A DNA stretch of 64,000 nucleotides from a virus: positions 67,681-131,680 of IMG/VR virus record IMGVR_UViG_3300024518_005299; one strand, written 5' to 3'. This document shows positions 9,764 to 19,040 of the stretch, one piece after another. The notes beneath the pieces were generated by a model, which was not told where the DNA came from, made no database searches, and saw only the letters and a program-made list of their open reading frames with translations. The translations under genes were made by a program, and so were the position numbers. Numbering within the stretch: position 1 is the stretch's first letter; each line of letters opens with the position of its first letter.

Positions 9764-10775
9764 AGACAAACCAGCTTATAGTTTTGATGATGTCCTTCTC
9801 GTGCCTCAGTATTCACAAATTACATCTAGAAGTGATGTAGATATCAGCACTAAGCTTGGTAAGTTGGAGTTGAAATTACCGTTGCTTTCCTCAAATATGG
9901 ACACCGTTACTGAAGGAAAAATGGCCATTGCTATGGCGCTGGCTGGTGGTGCTGGGGTGTTGCATAGATTTGCTGATCTAGAAGACCAAATGCAGTGGGC
10001 TAATGATTGTAGTCACACTATGCATAGCGTCCCAATCATTATATCAGTAGGTATTACTGGCGAGCATCACAGCTTTATAAAAGAGATCGCGCCTGATATG
10101 ATTTGTGTAGACGTGGCGCACGGTGATCATCTACGAGTCATGAATCTTATCACAGGGCTTCGTGAAGATTATCCCGATATGGATATTATTGCTGGTAACG
10201 TAGCTACGGGTCAAGGCGCGAGGCGCTTAGTGGAAGCTGGTGCAAATATTATTAAAGTTGGAATTGGTCCAGGTTCTGTTTGTTCAACTAGAGTTGTAAG
10301 CGGACATGGATTTCCACAACTTAGCGCCATCATTGAGATCAGAAAAGCGTTAGGACCCGCGCCGTGGTCTATTATTGCCGACGGCGGTATTCGTTATCCA
10401 GGTGATATTGTTAAAGCCCTGGCGGCTGGAGCAGATGCAGTAATGCTGGGCTCTCTTCTAGCTGGAACTGATGAAGCAGCAGGGGAGAGAATTGTTGAAC
10501 ATGGGCAAGCCTATAAAACCTTCCGGGGGATGGCGTCACGGGAAGCGCAAAAACAAAGAGGCGGCAAAACGCCACGCGTCGAAGGAGTATCTGCAAAAGT
10601 CCCTTACCGTGGTCCTGTCAGTGACACTCTTGCTAATCTTGAGGCTGGCATTAGGAGCGGCCTTTCTTATTCTGGTTGTCGCACTATTGTGGAATTGCGT
10701 GGAAAAGCTGAGTTCGTAGTTGTTACTGGTAATACTTTGAGGGAATCACACCCTTATCATCCTTACAGGCTTTAG
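9747..10775 (+). CDS. IMP dehydrogenase / GMP reductase family, CBS-less
   Basis: FDDVLLVP, SNMDTVTE, KVGIGPGSVCSTR, IIADGGI, FRGMAS, GIRSGLSYSG. Confidence 0.9.
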   Translation: MMARFRDKPAYSFDDVLLVPQYSQITSRSDVDISTKLGKLELKLPLLSSNMDTVTEGKMAIAMALAGGAGVLHRFADLEDQMQWANDCSHTMHSVPIIISVGITGEHHSFIKEIAPDMICVDVAHGDHLRVMNLITGLREDYPDMDIIAGNVATGQGARRLVEAGANIIKVGIGPGSVCSTRVVSGHGFPQLSAIIEIRKALGPAPWSIIADGGIRYPGDIVKALAAGADAVMLGSLLAGTDEAAGERIVEHGQAYKTFRGMASREAQKQRGGKTPRVEGVSAKVPYRGPVSDTLANLEAGIRSGLSYSGCRTIVELRGKAEFVVVTGNTLRESHPYHPYRL

Positions 10776-10778
10776 ATT

Positions 10779-11363
10779 ATGATACAAAATTATAGAGTAA
10801 ATTTCGGCGGCGAAGATATTGATTATCAAAGTAATTTCAAAGATTGCCGACGGTATTTTCCAGTTCTAGAGAAGTTGTATGATCGTATGAATCATTGGGC
10901 AATCCCAGATTGTTGGCATTTCTTTGAGCCCTATGTAGAATTTACGTGGGTTCTTCGTGATAATGACCCATCGGGCGAGGACATTCTATATGATGTTCTA
11001 GACATATTGACTAAAGAGAATATCGAACCAACTTTGATTCATAAACCTAAAGATGGCGTGATAGTTGATTGGTACTGTAAGAGTCCAGAGGAACAAGAGT
11101 TCGGTTATAAAACTTATGCCCTAAGTGCCAAAATGGCAATGTTATTTTGGAAACATCAAGAGGCGATTGCTAAGGGATGTGGCGAGAAGAACCAATATAT
11201 GAGGCGACCACACGTGCTCGCCAACCAGATTGGGATGAATTATGATGAGGAGTGCGCGGCGCTTTACCTCCGTAGCAAGCTGGCTGGTTTATTCTGGGAG
11301 CTAGGTGATCACGCCCAGGCTGTCGAACAATATGAAACATTAACTGGAGAGACATACTTATGA
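10779..11363 (+). CDS. hypothetical protein
   Basis: 194 aa coupled ORF. Confidence 0.65.
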   Translation: MIQNYRVNFGGEDIDYQSNFKDCRRYFPVLEKLYDRMNHWAIPDCWHFFEPYVEFTWVLRDNDPSGEDILYDVLDILTKENIEPTLIHKPKDGVIVDWYCKSPEEQEFGYKTYALSAKMAMLFWKHQEAIAKGCGEKNQYMRRPHVLANQIGMNYDEECAALYLRSKLAGLFWELGDHAQAVEQYETLTGETYL

Positions 11364-11890
11364 GTGATATGATAAAAGTTGGAGATAAAGCAATTTATAC
11401 ACGTACTGGTGAAGTAGTAGAAATCACTAAAGTGGGCGCGGTTACTTATGGCGTCCTTGGTAAGGATAAGCACTTTGGATCTACAGTGCCGTGTGAGGAT
11501 ATCCAACCCCTTGGTCGAATTAAGCAAAAACTATTTGAATATGTTGAGGAATCTGATATGGACTGTCTGAGTTTTAGTGAGTTAAGGGCAGCCAGTGAAG
11601 CTCGTAATAACGAGAATGCTGGTGGTGAAAGTGATTGGACTTTGGCTGACTGGGGTAATGCTCTAGCTGGTGAAACTGGTGAGCTATGTAACTTCATCAA
11701 AAAGTCTAGGCGTAATCTTCCAGGCGATCCTTCGTTAGATGACTTAAGACAGGATATGGCCAATGAATTGGCAGATATTGTGACCTATGCTGATCTAATT
11801 GCAAATAAGCTTGGTGTTGATTTAGGAAAAGCAATCAGAGATAAGTTTAACGTCGTGTCAGCCAGACGAAATAGTCCAATCACATTATGA
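11360..11890 (+). CDS. MazG-like nucleotide pyrophosphohydrolase with N-terminal extension
   Basis: LAGETGELCNFIKK...NELADIVTY. Confidence 0.75.
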   Translation: MSDMIKVGDKAIYTRTGEVVEITKVGAVTYGVLGKDKHFGSTVPCEDIQPLGRIKQKLFEYVEESDMDCLSFSELRAASEARNNENAGGESDWTLADWGNALAGETGELCNFIKKSRRNLPGDPSLDDLRQDMANELADIVTYADLIANKLGVDLGKAIRDKFNVVSARRNSPITL

Positions 11891-12411
11891 TTATTACCGG
11901 AATAGGATCTAGACAATGCCCCCAAGAGTTCTGTGAGCTATTTACAGAATTAGGAAAAGAAGCGAGAGAGCGTAAGTGGTGGCTAAGATCGGGACATGCT
12001 TCAGGGGCTGATTATGCCTTTGAAATTGGCGCTGGACATCGTTGTATTGTTTATCTTCCATGGAGTGGTTTCAACAAAGAAAAATCAATGCTTGGCAACG
12101 CTATAGCACATCCACTCAGAGATGAAGTGTTAGAGGTGGTTTATAAATATGAACCATATGCCAAAAATCTTAAAGATTCTATCAAATTTATTAAGTCGCG
12201 CAATGTCTATCAGGTTCTAGGTGCAGATTTAAAAAGCCCCTCAGATGTAGTTGTATGCTGGACAGAAGAAGGTAAGATTGAGGGTGGTACAGGACTAGCT
12301 ATAAAGATTGCCATGGATCATAATATTCCGATTGTAAATGTTGGCGACCATGAAACTAAAAAGAATTTCAATAGTATTATACAAAGGATAGCAGGAGAAA
12401 TAGAGGTATGA
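11887..12411 (+). CDS. SLOG/DprA-YspA-like nucleotide-binding protein
   Basis: ITGIGSR, LRSGHASGAD, GGTGLAIKIA. Confidence 0.65.
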   Translation: MIITGIGSRQCPQEFCELFTELGKEARERKWWLRSGHASGADYAFEIGAGHRCIVYLPWSGFNKEKSMLGNAIAHPLRDEVLEVVYKYEPYAKNLKDSIKFIKSRNVYQVLGADLKSPSDVVVCWTEEGKIEGGTGLAIKIAMDHNIPIVNVGDHETKKNFNSIIQRIAGEIEV

Positions 12412-12680
12412 CAACCAGAGAAGAAGTATATGCGGCGATTGATGGTGAGCGTGAATACCAGTGTAAGTGGGAAACTAGTGACTCTAAGGGGTTGCATGAG
12501 GTAGGTGCGTTTATTCTTTTTATGGAGGATTATCTACATGAAGCTCGACACCAATTGTCTCGTGCTGCTGACCCCGAGGCGTCTCAAGCGGCATTGAGCA
12601 CACCCCGCAAGGTGATTGCTTTAGACGTGGCATGTATGGAACAACACGGAGCGCCAGAACGCGAGGGGTTTGAGTCATAA
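12408..12680 (+). CDS. hypothetical protein (small helical, possibly MazG-like)
   Basis: IDGEREYQ...KVIALDVACME pattern. Confidence 0.5.
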   Translation: MTTREEVYAAIDGEREYQCKWETSDSKGLHEVGAFILFMEDYLHEARHQLSRAADPEASQAALSTPRKVIALDVACMEQHGAPEREGFES

Positions 12681-13615
12681 TGAAAGTTTTAGTGACTGGT
12701 CGCGCTATTCTTACACAACCTGATCGTTGTACTGGACAGCAACTTTGTGAAGGATTTCGTCAGGCTGGTCATGACTGTACTTTTTACGGAAATTTTTATA
12801 GCGAGCCTTATCGTTGGTTAGGCGCGGAAGAAGCAACTACTAGTCAATTTGATCTAATTGTTATTACTGAGATGAACGATGGATACCCTCAGTATGAATT
12901 AAACTCATTGAATCTAAAAGGAACGCCTCGGCTATTCTGGGATTTTGATGTTAGCTATCATCCTGATCTTTCTTATGGTCGCGCCAAGTCTTACAATGCT
13001 GATGCTTATCTAGTAGGTAATAGATATTTCTGTGGACCTGATGGGTTCGGACGATTTGGTAAGCCGGTTTTACATTTACCTTATGCATGTTCTCCGCAGA
13101 TTCACAGGCAGCTAGAAGGCGAGAAGAAGGCGTACTATCTTGGATTTATTGGATCGATGACCGAGGAGCGCAAGCGACTCATTACATTAGCAAAGTCTGT
13201 TGCGGCAAGGCCAGGCTTTATTCATAGTGCCGACGGCGTATTTGGTGATGACTTGATTCGTCAAACTAATCAATACCACGTTATGTTTCATAATAATCAA
13301 GACGCTTGTAAGGGTTTAGTGCCTGGGCGTCCTTGGGAAACAACAGGGTGCGGCACTACCCTACTTATGGATTATACCAGCTATATGGACTTTGTTGAAT
13401 TTTTACCAATCGAGCTTCATGATAGTATTTTTATGTATAAGGATGACTATGACATTCGTAAATGGCTAAGCCTTTTTGCTACTTGGAATAATAAAGAAGA
13501 GGAGTTGTTAGCTGCTGGCAAGCGACTAATGCATTACGTGCACGCAAATCATACTTATAAACATAGGGCAGAGAGTATTATTCAGTGGACTAAAGAACAG
13601 GGAATAACGACATGA
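12680..13615 (+). CDS. CgeB-like GT-B glycosyltransferase
   Basis: LPYAC, LGFIGS, RPWETTGCGTTLL, HTYKHRAE. Confidence 0.7.
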   Translation: MKVLVTGRAILTQPDRCTGQQLCEGFRQAGHDCTFYGNFYSEPYRWLGAEEATTSQFDLIVITEMNDGYPQYELNSLNLKGTPRLFWDFDVSYHPDLSYGRAKSYNADAYLVGNRYFCGPDGFGRFGKPVLHLPYACSPQIHRQLEGEKKAYYLGFIGSMTEERKRLITLAKSVAARPGFIHSADGVFGDDLIRQTNQYHVMFHNNQDACKGLVPGRPWETTGCGTTLLMDYTSYMDFVEFLPIELHDSIFMYKDDYDIRKWLSLFATWNNKEEELLAAGKRLMHYVHANHTYKHRAESIIQWTKEQGITT

Positions 13616-13866
13616 TAGACAAATACGAACAAGCACTACAAGAAATGGAAGAGGACGACCCTCCTATCGATCCGCTTTATGGTATTCTATTTCTAGATGA
13701 TTTGGGGGAGGTTCGCAAGATAGTGATGCATGATCGTCGAGACTTCCTTAATGTCTTTCGTTTGTTTGATAGTTGGGAGCCTTGCGATGGTGCAGTGATG
13801 TGCTATTGGGAAAGAGAGTCTTTGCAGGATTGGGAAGAAGGCTTGGCAATAATGGAGGGGCGATGA
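13612..13866 (+). CDS. hypothetical protein
   Basis: Coupled ORF. Confidence 0.5.
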   Translation: MIDKYEQALQEMEEDDPPIDPLYGILFLDDLGEVRKIVMHDRRDFLNVFRLFDSWEPCDGAVMCYWERESLQDWEEGLAIMEGR

Positions 13867-15005
13867 TTCCTCTTTTTAAAGTCCGTATGTCTGATCGTGC
13901 CCCTAGTGATGTTGCTAAGGTATTACGTAGTGGTTATATAGGTGAAGGTCCTAAGGTTAAAGAGTTTGAGGCGCAACTAGAGAAGCTTCTTGCGCCAAAG
14001 AACAAACTGTTCAGCCGTCCTGTAGTCGTAACTAATAGTGCGACATCAGCAGAGCATTTAGCTTATAGATTATTAAAAGACAGTAAGGATATTTCTGCAG
14101 GCGATGAAGTGCTAGCGACACCATTGACCTGTATAGCTACTAACTTTCCCATCTTGGCAAATGGCTTGCATATCAAATGGGTAGATATTGATCCAACTAC
14201 TATGAATATGGATCTAGATGATCTCGCGCGTAAGATCACTCCTAGAACTAAAGCAATCTCTATTGTTCATTGGGGTGGCTATCCATTAGATTTGAATCGC
14301 ATCGATGATATTAGGCAACTAGCACAAGAAAAGATAGGCGTGTTTCCTGCATTGATCCAGGACTGCGCGCATGCATTAGGTAGTACGTTCCACAAAGAGC
14401 CTTTATGCAGATGGGGTGACTTCTCTACCTATAGCTTCCAAGCCATTAAACATCTGACATGTGGGGATGGAGGAGCTTTAGTTTCGTCCTACACGGCATG
14501 GAATAGAGAAGCCAAGCTGCTGCGCTGGTATGGCATTAACCGTGACGGTCCGCGCACAGATTTTAGGTGTGAGAACGATATTCCTAAATGGGGGTATAAG
14601 TTCAACATGAACGACATCGCGGCTACGATCGGTCTTGCTAATCTTCCTCTTCTAGATGATACTTTAAGAACACATAGGAGCAATGCTTGGTTTTATAATA
14701 ATGAGCTACTCGACATCCCCGGTGTGACATTGCTTAAGTACAAAGAAGGGTTTGATTCGGCTTATTGGCTTTATACTATTCGTGTCGAGGATCGCGCAGG
14801 GTTTATGAAGATGATGAAGAAAAAGGAAGTAGAGGTCAGTAGAGTCCACGACCGTAATGACAAACACTCTTGTGTGGACCAATATCGCACTCTGCTCCCG
14901 AATCTAGATGCCGTATGTCAGGATATGATTTGTATCCCCGTGGGTTGGTGGGTGACGCCAAAACACAGGCAATATATTGTTAATTGCATCAAGGGTGGTT
15001 GGTGA
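13863..15005 (+). CDS. DegT/DnrJ/EryC1/StrS PLP-dependent sugar aminotransferase (Lys-type)
   Basis: MIPLFKV start, QDCAHALG, SFQAIKHLTCGDGG, GYKFNMNDI. Confidence 0.9.
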   Translation: MIPLFKVRMSDRAPSDVAKVLRSGYIGEGPKVKEFEAQLEKLLAPKNKLFSRPVVVTNSATSAEHLAYRLLKDSKDISAGDEVLATPLTCIATNFPILANGLHIKWVDIDPTTMNMDLDDLARKITPRTKAISIVHWGGYPLDLNRIDDIRQLAQEKIGVFPALIQDCAHALGSTFHKEPLCRWGDFSTYSFQAIKHLTCGDGGALVSSYTAWNREAKLLRWYGINRDGPRTDFRCENDIPKWGYKFNMNDIAATIGLANLPLLDDTLRTHRSNAWFYNNELLDIPGVTLLKYKEGFDSAYWLYTIRVEDRAGFMKMMKKKEVEVSRVHDRNDKHSCVDQYRTLLPNLDAVCQDMICIPVGWWVTPKHRQYIVNCIKGGW

Positions 15006-15562
15006 TGAAGTCATCATATGAAAAGAATAATTTAGGTGACGTATTATATAAATTAGTCGTATGGTGGGAGCCTCAAAAAATAGTGGAGTTCGGTGTGTTC
15101 GAGGGGTATTCAACGATACACATGGCTAAAGGTTTGCGCGATAGAGGTCGTGGTCACATTATAGCTTGTGATCTTTGGGATAAATATGATTATAATCATA
15201 CTACAATGGATATAGCTCAGAAGAATATTGATGATGCTGAATTGACCGACTATGTTACTCTTTGGGAAGCTAATTACTATCAGTGGTTAGAAAATCCCTG
15301 TAGGTTTGATATGTTGCATGTGGATATTTCTAATGATGGTGATATCATTGAGAAGACTCTTACAAAGTTAGCACCCCAAATAGATGACGGTGCTATTGTG
15401 TTATTTGAAGGAGGTTCGGCTGAACGAGATCAGGTCGATTGGATGAAAAAGTTTAACAAACGTCCCATCAACCCCCTGCGGAAGAAGCTTAAGCTTCAGA
15501 TTCTAGATGAACGATTCCCATCTATCTCTATAGCGACAAGATCATGCAGCGACCAACAGTAA
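15005..15562 (+). CDS. class I SAM-dependent methyltransferase
   Basis: IVEFGVFEGYST, CDLW, FDMLHVD. Confidence 0.75.
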   Translation: MKSSYEKNNLGDVLYKLVVWWEPQKIVEFGVFEGYSTIHMAKGLRDRGRGHIIACDLWDKYDYNHTTMDIAQKNIDDAELTDYVTLWEANYYQWLENPCRFDMLHVDISNDGDIIEKTLTKLAPQIDDGAIVLFEGGSAERDQVDWMKKFNKRPINPLRKKLKLQILDERFPSISIATRSCSDQQ

Positions 15563-16326
15563 GCATATGTACTCCCACATTTGAGATGGGAGGTCGTGGT
15601 GTCTCTATGCTGACGAAATTATTTGAGAGTGTGGAGATACAAACCTATAAAGATTACGAGGTTGTGGTATCAGATCATTCTCTTAATGACGATATCTTCA
15701 AGTTGTGTCGAGACTGGCGATTTAGGATACCTATTGTTTATGTTCGCAACGAGAGGGGAAGGGGTAGTTGCGAGGCTAATTTAAATAATGCCATTGAGGA
15801 GTCTGCTGGTAAGTTAATCAAGCCTCTTTTGCAAGACGACTTTTTCTTTACGTCTGAGGGTCTTGATAAATTAGTCGGCGTGTTAAAAACTGATACTGAC
15901 TGGTCTGCTGGTGGATGTTGGCATTGTGAGGAGGATGATGTTGATGATTTGCTTAACCCGCATTCGCCATCGTGGATCACGGATAGATCATTAGCGCTAG
16001 GGTATAACAGGATTGGCAGTCCAAGCGTTGTGCTTTATCCTAAGAATGTGAACAACCTTTACTTTGATGAAAATCTACTCTACTATATGGACTGTGAGCT
16101 TTACTATAGACTAGGCTTAGAGATTGGCCCTCCAATCTGTCTACCTTATCATCTTTATGTAATCCGTATGCGACATGATAGCATTAGCGATTCGGAAGTT
16201 ACTGATGACGGCAAAGGGGAGGAGTACAATTACATTATAGCTAAGATGGATGAGTCTGGAAGAACTCTAGACGAGTTTCCAATCCTCTATGCTAGGGCGC
16301 AAAAATTAGGACTAAGACAACCATGA
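15544..16326 (+). CDS. GT2-family glycosyltransferase
   Basis: VSICTPTF, VVVSDHS, NLNNAI, LLQDD. Confidence 0.8.
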   Translation: MQRPTVSICTPTFEMGGRGVSMLTKLFESVEIQTYKDYEVVVSDHSLNDDIFKLCRDWRFRIPIVYVRNERGRGSCEANLNNAIEESAGKLIKPLLQDDFFFTSEGLDKLVGVLKTDTDWSAGGCWHCEEDDVDDLLNPHSPSWITDRSLALGYNRIGSPSVVLYPKNVNNLYFDENLLYYMDCELYYRLGLEIGPPICLPYHLYVIRMRHDSISDSEVTDDGKGEEYNYIIAKMDESGRTLDEFPILYARAQKLGLRQP

Positions 16327-16718
16327 AGGGTTACTTTAAGTATGTCCTCAATATGTTAGGTGACATAAGGCGCTATAAGGGAGTAGAAGAAATCCATTTG
16401 ATTAAGATTGCTGATTTAAAAGTACGCATGCCAGGAGAGGGCATAGTTGCTATTGACGCCACTCCTCATTATCAGTACACCCTAGGTAAGACCAAGCCTT
16501 ATAAAGATTGGCTAGTTGCCAACAATCATCTTTACGATTCTTCACTAGCTAGCTTTAAGCATTTAATGAATGACGACTCTCGGTATCTAGGCAAACCATA
16601 TGATCAGGATTTTATCTTACATGATGATGACTTGGTGATTATAGACGGAGTGCATAGAGCCACGCGGTTGTATCAACTAGGGGTAATATATGCCCCGGTA
16701 CTCAGGAAGATTACATGA
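16323..16718 (+). CDS. hypothetical protein, weak ParB/Srx-like motif
   Basis: VIIDGVHRAT. Confidence 0.4.
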   Translation: MKGYFKYVLNMLGDIRRYKGVEEIHLIKIADLKVRMPGEGIVAIDATPHYQYTLGKTKPYKDWLVANNHLYDSSLASFKHLMNDDSRYLGKPYDQDFILHDDDLVIIDGVHRATRLYQLGVIYAPVLRKIT

Positions 16719-17485
16719 CGTATGATCATAAAAACTTTGGGCTGTCTATCAAAGGGAGTTTAAAAGAACGCGATGCGGCTATCGCTCTATACATCGAGAC
16801 TCATAAAGATAACTTCCCCGAGTGGTATATGCCTCTTCAAATTGGAGAGCACACTATTCAAGCAAGAACATATCCACATTTTAATAATCGGCCAGAGTCG
16901 CTAGAGGATGACACGTCTGGTATACGTAAATGGCATCTGACATTGCGAAGAGTGATGCCAGATCTTAAGGATAAAATCGTCTTTGATCTTGGTTGTAATA
17001 TTGGTATCTTCTCATTAGAAATGGCAAACCTCGGTGCGCTACATGTGCATGGTTTTGACCGTGGTTTTGGCATCGTACAGCCTAACAATCATGACCTAGG
17101 CGCTCAAAGCGTTGTACAACAAGCCTATATGGTGCGCAATATCTACGAAGCGTATCACGGCAGGAAGTGGAAGAATGTCACGTTCCACGAGCAAGACCTT
17201 ATGACGCTAGACCTAAAGACGGCGCAGTGCAATGTCTTGGTTGCGCCTTGTGTTCTTTATCATCTAGGTGCTGAACGTATGGAAGAAATCATTAGAGATG
17301 CAAGTGAGCATATCCCAGAGATTATCCTACAAGCTAATAATGGTCATGGTGGTGAGTTGGGCGCGCTGTCTTGCCTATCTAATCACGTAAGGTTACTAAA
17401 TAAGTATGGTTACACGATCGAACAGACAGTAATGGGTCCAGTTGGGTATCCGCATCCATGCGTTTATGCCACGAAGGAGATCTGA
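16715..17485 (+). CDS. class I SAM-dependent methyltransferase
   Basis: VFDLGCNIGIFS, VHGFD, VLYHL. Confidence 0.75.
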   Translation: MTYDHKNFGLSIKGSLKERDAAIALYIETHKDNFPEWYMPLQIGEHTIQARTYPHFNNRPESLEDDTSGIRKWHLTLRRVMPDLKDKIVFDLGCNIGIFSLEMANLGALHVHGFDRGFGIVQPNNHDLGAQSVVQQAYMVRNIYEAYHGRKWKNVTFHEQDLMTLDLKTAQCNVLVAPCVLYHLGAERMEEIIRDASEHIPEIILQANNGHGGELGALSCLSNHVRLLNKYGYTIEQTVMGPVGYPHPCVYATKEI

Positions 17486-18213
17486 TGAACAGTTTACCCG
17501 AAGTAAATATCTGTATTCCGACCGCTAATTTAGGCGAGCGAAGCCTGGAGTACTTAGAATGCTGTTTGTCCTCAATTGAAGATCAAGACTATCCAAATAT
17601 TACAGTGATTATTTCTGATCATTCAAAAGACGATGATGTTTCATGGCACCTTGTGGATAACTGGCTAGACGAGGAGGGTAAACGTCCTTTTAAATTACGT
17701 TATACGCGCTATTATGAAAACTACGGTAACGCAGTGGCTAATCTTAATAATGCTATTGATCAAGCTTCAAAAGGGTCATTGATTAAGATGTTGTTTCAGG
17801 ATGATATACTGAAAACAAAAAAAGCAATTAGCACGATGGTGACTTGCTTAAGAGAAACTGGTCGCCGCTGGTTGGGCGCTGGATGTGATCATATTGATGA
17901 TAATGATGATGATATGAATCATTCCCATCTGCCTTGTTGGGTTGGTGACCTTAGCCTTGCGTATGGAGAGAATTTAATAGGATCTCCTAGCGTTGTAATG
18001 TTTCAAAACTGTGATTTGAGAATGGATTCTAATCTTTGTTATTTAAATGATTGTGAATTTTATTATCGGATGGGAAAAATATATGGCTCTCCTGCATTAC
18101 TGCACGAAGAGCTAATCACTATTCGTATGAGATCTCAAGGCTTAAGCTCAACTTTAGATTTGGATAAAGTAAAAATGGACGAAATTGCTTATTTGGATAA
18201 AAAATATGATTGA
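17485..18213 (+). CDS. GT2-family glycosyltransferase, paralogue of 15544-16326
   Basis: ISDHS, NLNNAI, FQDD, IGSPSVV, DCEFYYR. Confidence 0.8.
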   Translation: MNSLPEVNICIPTANLGERSLEYLECCLSSIEDQDYPNITVIISDHSKDDDVSWHLVDNWLDEEGKRPFKLRYTRYYENYGNAVANLNNAIDQASKGSLIKMLFQDDILKTKKAISTMVTCLRETGRRWLGAGCDHIDDNDDDMNHSHLPCWVGDLSLAYGENLIGSPSVVMFQNCDLRMDSNLCYLNDCEFYYRMGKIYGSPALLHEELITIRMRSQGLSSTLDLDKVKMDEIAYLDKKYD

Positions 18214-18754
18214 ACTAGATGCACTCAATATAGATGATCTTCCTATATTCCTAGAAATTAGGAATGAATGCGCAGATCAACTTCATGATAATAGCCGTTT
18301 TCAATTGTCGCAAGCATTAATGTGGTGGAAGAAGCACTGGGGTGATGACTTCATCTCTAGTGGCAGCCCACGGTATTATAGCATAAATAAAATTAAAGAT
18401 GATGAATCGGTAATGGTTGGCTATGCTCGTGCACGACAAGATTTTGACAACAGGATAGCAACAATTGGCGTGGATATTCATAAGGATCATCGACGCAAAA
18501 GGTATGCTTGTGAGGCATATAAGTGGTTGTTGAATTATTTTTTTATAGACTCTAAGTGCAATAGAGTGCAGCTAGAGGTGCTATCAACTAATAAAGCAGC
18601 GCTAACACTTTATAAAAAGATAGGCTTTCGCCAGGAAGGGATAAGGCGCCAAGCTGTATATCGTCAAGATCAAAACCTTTTCATTGATAGCATCATGATG
18701 TCAATTACGGCGGATGAGTGGGAGAGGGATAATGAAAGTAGTCAACCTTCGTAA
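18206..18754 (+). CDS. GNAT N-acetyltransferase (RimJ/RimL, PseH-like)
   Basis: RRKRYA, LEVLSTNKAALTLYKKIGFRQEG. Confidence 0.8.
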   Translation: MIELDALNIDDLPIFLEIRNECADQLHDNSRFQLSQALMWWKKHWGDDFISSGSPRYYSINKIKDDESVMVGYARARQDFDNRIATIGVDIHKDHRRKRYACEAYKWLLNYFFIDSKCNRVQLEVLSTNKAALTLYKKIGFRQEGIRRQAVYRQDQNLFIDSIMMSITADEWERDNESSQPS

Positions 18755-19040
18755 GGAATCATACACGGTTTATATTGGTCGCGGTGGACACGGGAAATGC
18801 GGCTACTGGGGCAATCCTATTAAACTTAACTCTAGATGCATTTTGTGTTCTGAAACTCATGAGACTAGAGGTGATACGCTACCCTGTTATGAAAAATATC
18901 TACGGCAAAAACTAGCAACAAGTACGGCTTTTAAAGAGAGATTCTATAGTCTAAATGAAGATGATGTGTTGGGGTGTTTTTGTAAACCTGATGCTTGTCA
19001 TGGCGAGGTGATGATAAAGGTATGGAATGAAGAAATATAA
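18732..19040 (+). CDS. DUF4326-like protein
   Basis: VVNLRK, YIGRG, WGNP, LGCFCKPDACHGEV. Confidence 0.7.
   Translation: MKVVNLRKESYTVYIGRGGHGKCGYWGNPIKLNSRCILCSETHETRGDTLPCYEKYLRQKLATSTAFKERFYSLNEDDVLGCFCKPDACHGEVMIKVWNEEI

Noticed and set aside
10779-11363. Weak resemblance to the lantibiotic/thiopeptide dehydratase C-terminal domain (WHFFEP, HVLANQIG...EE)
   Set aside because: Too few residues match and no RiPP context is present.
12408-12680. Apparent L-to-P and G-to-D changes (TPRKVIALDVAC) suggesting decay
   Set aside because: The family consensus is only loosely recalled; this cannot be distinguished from natural variation.
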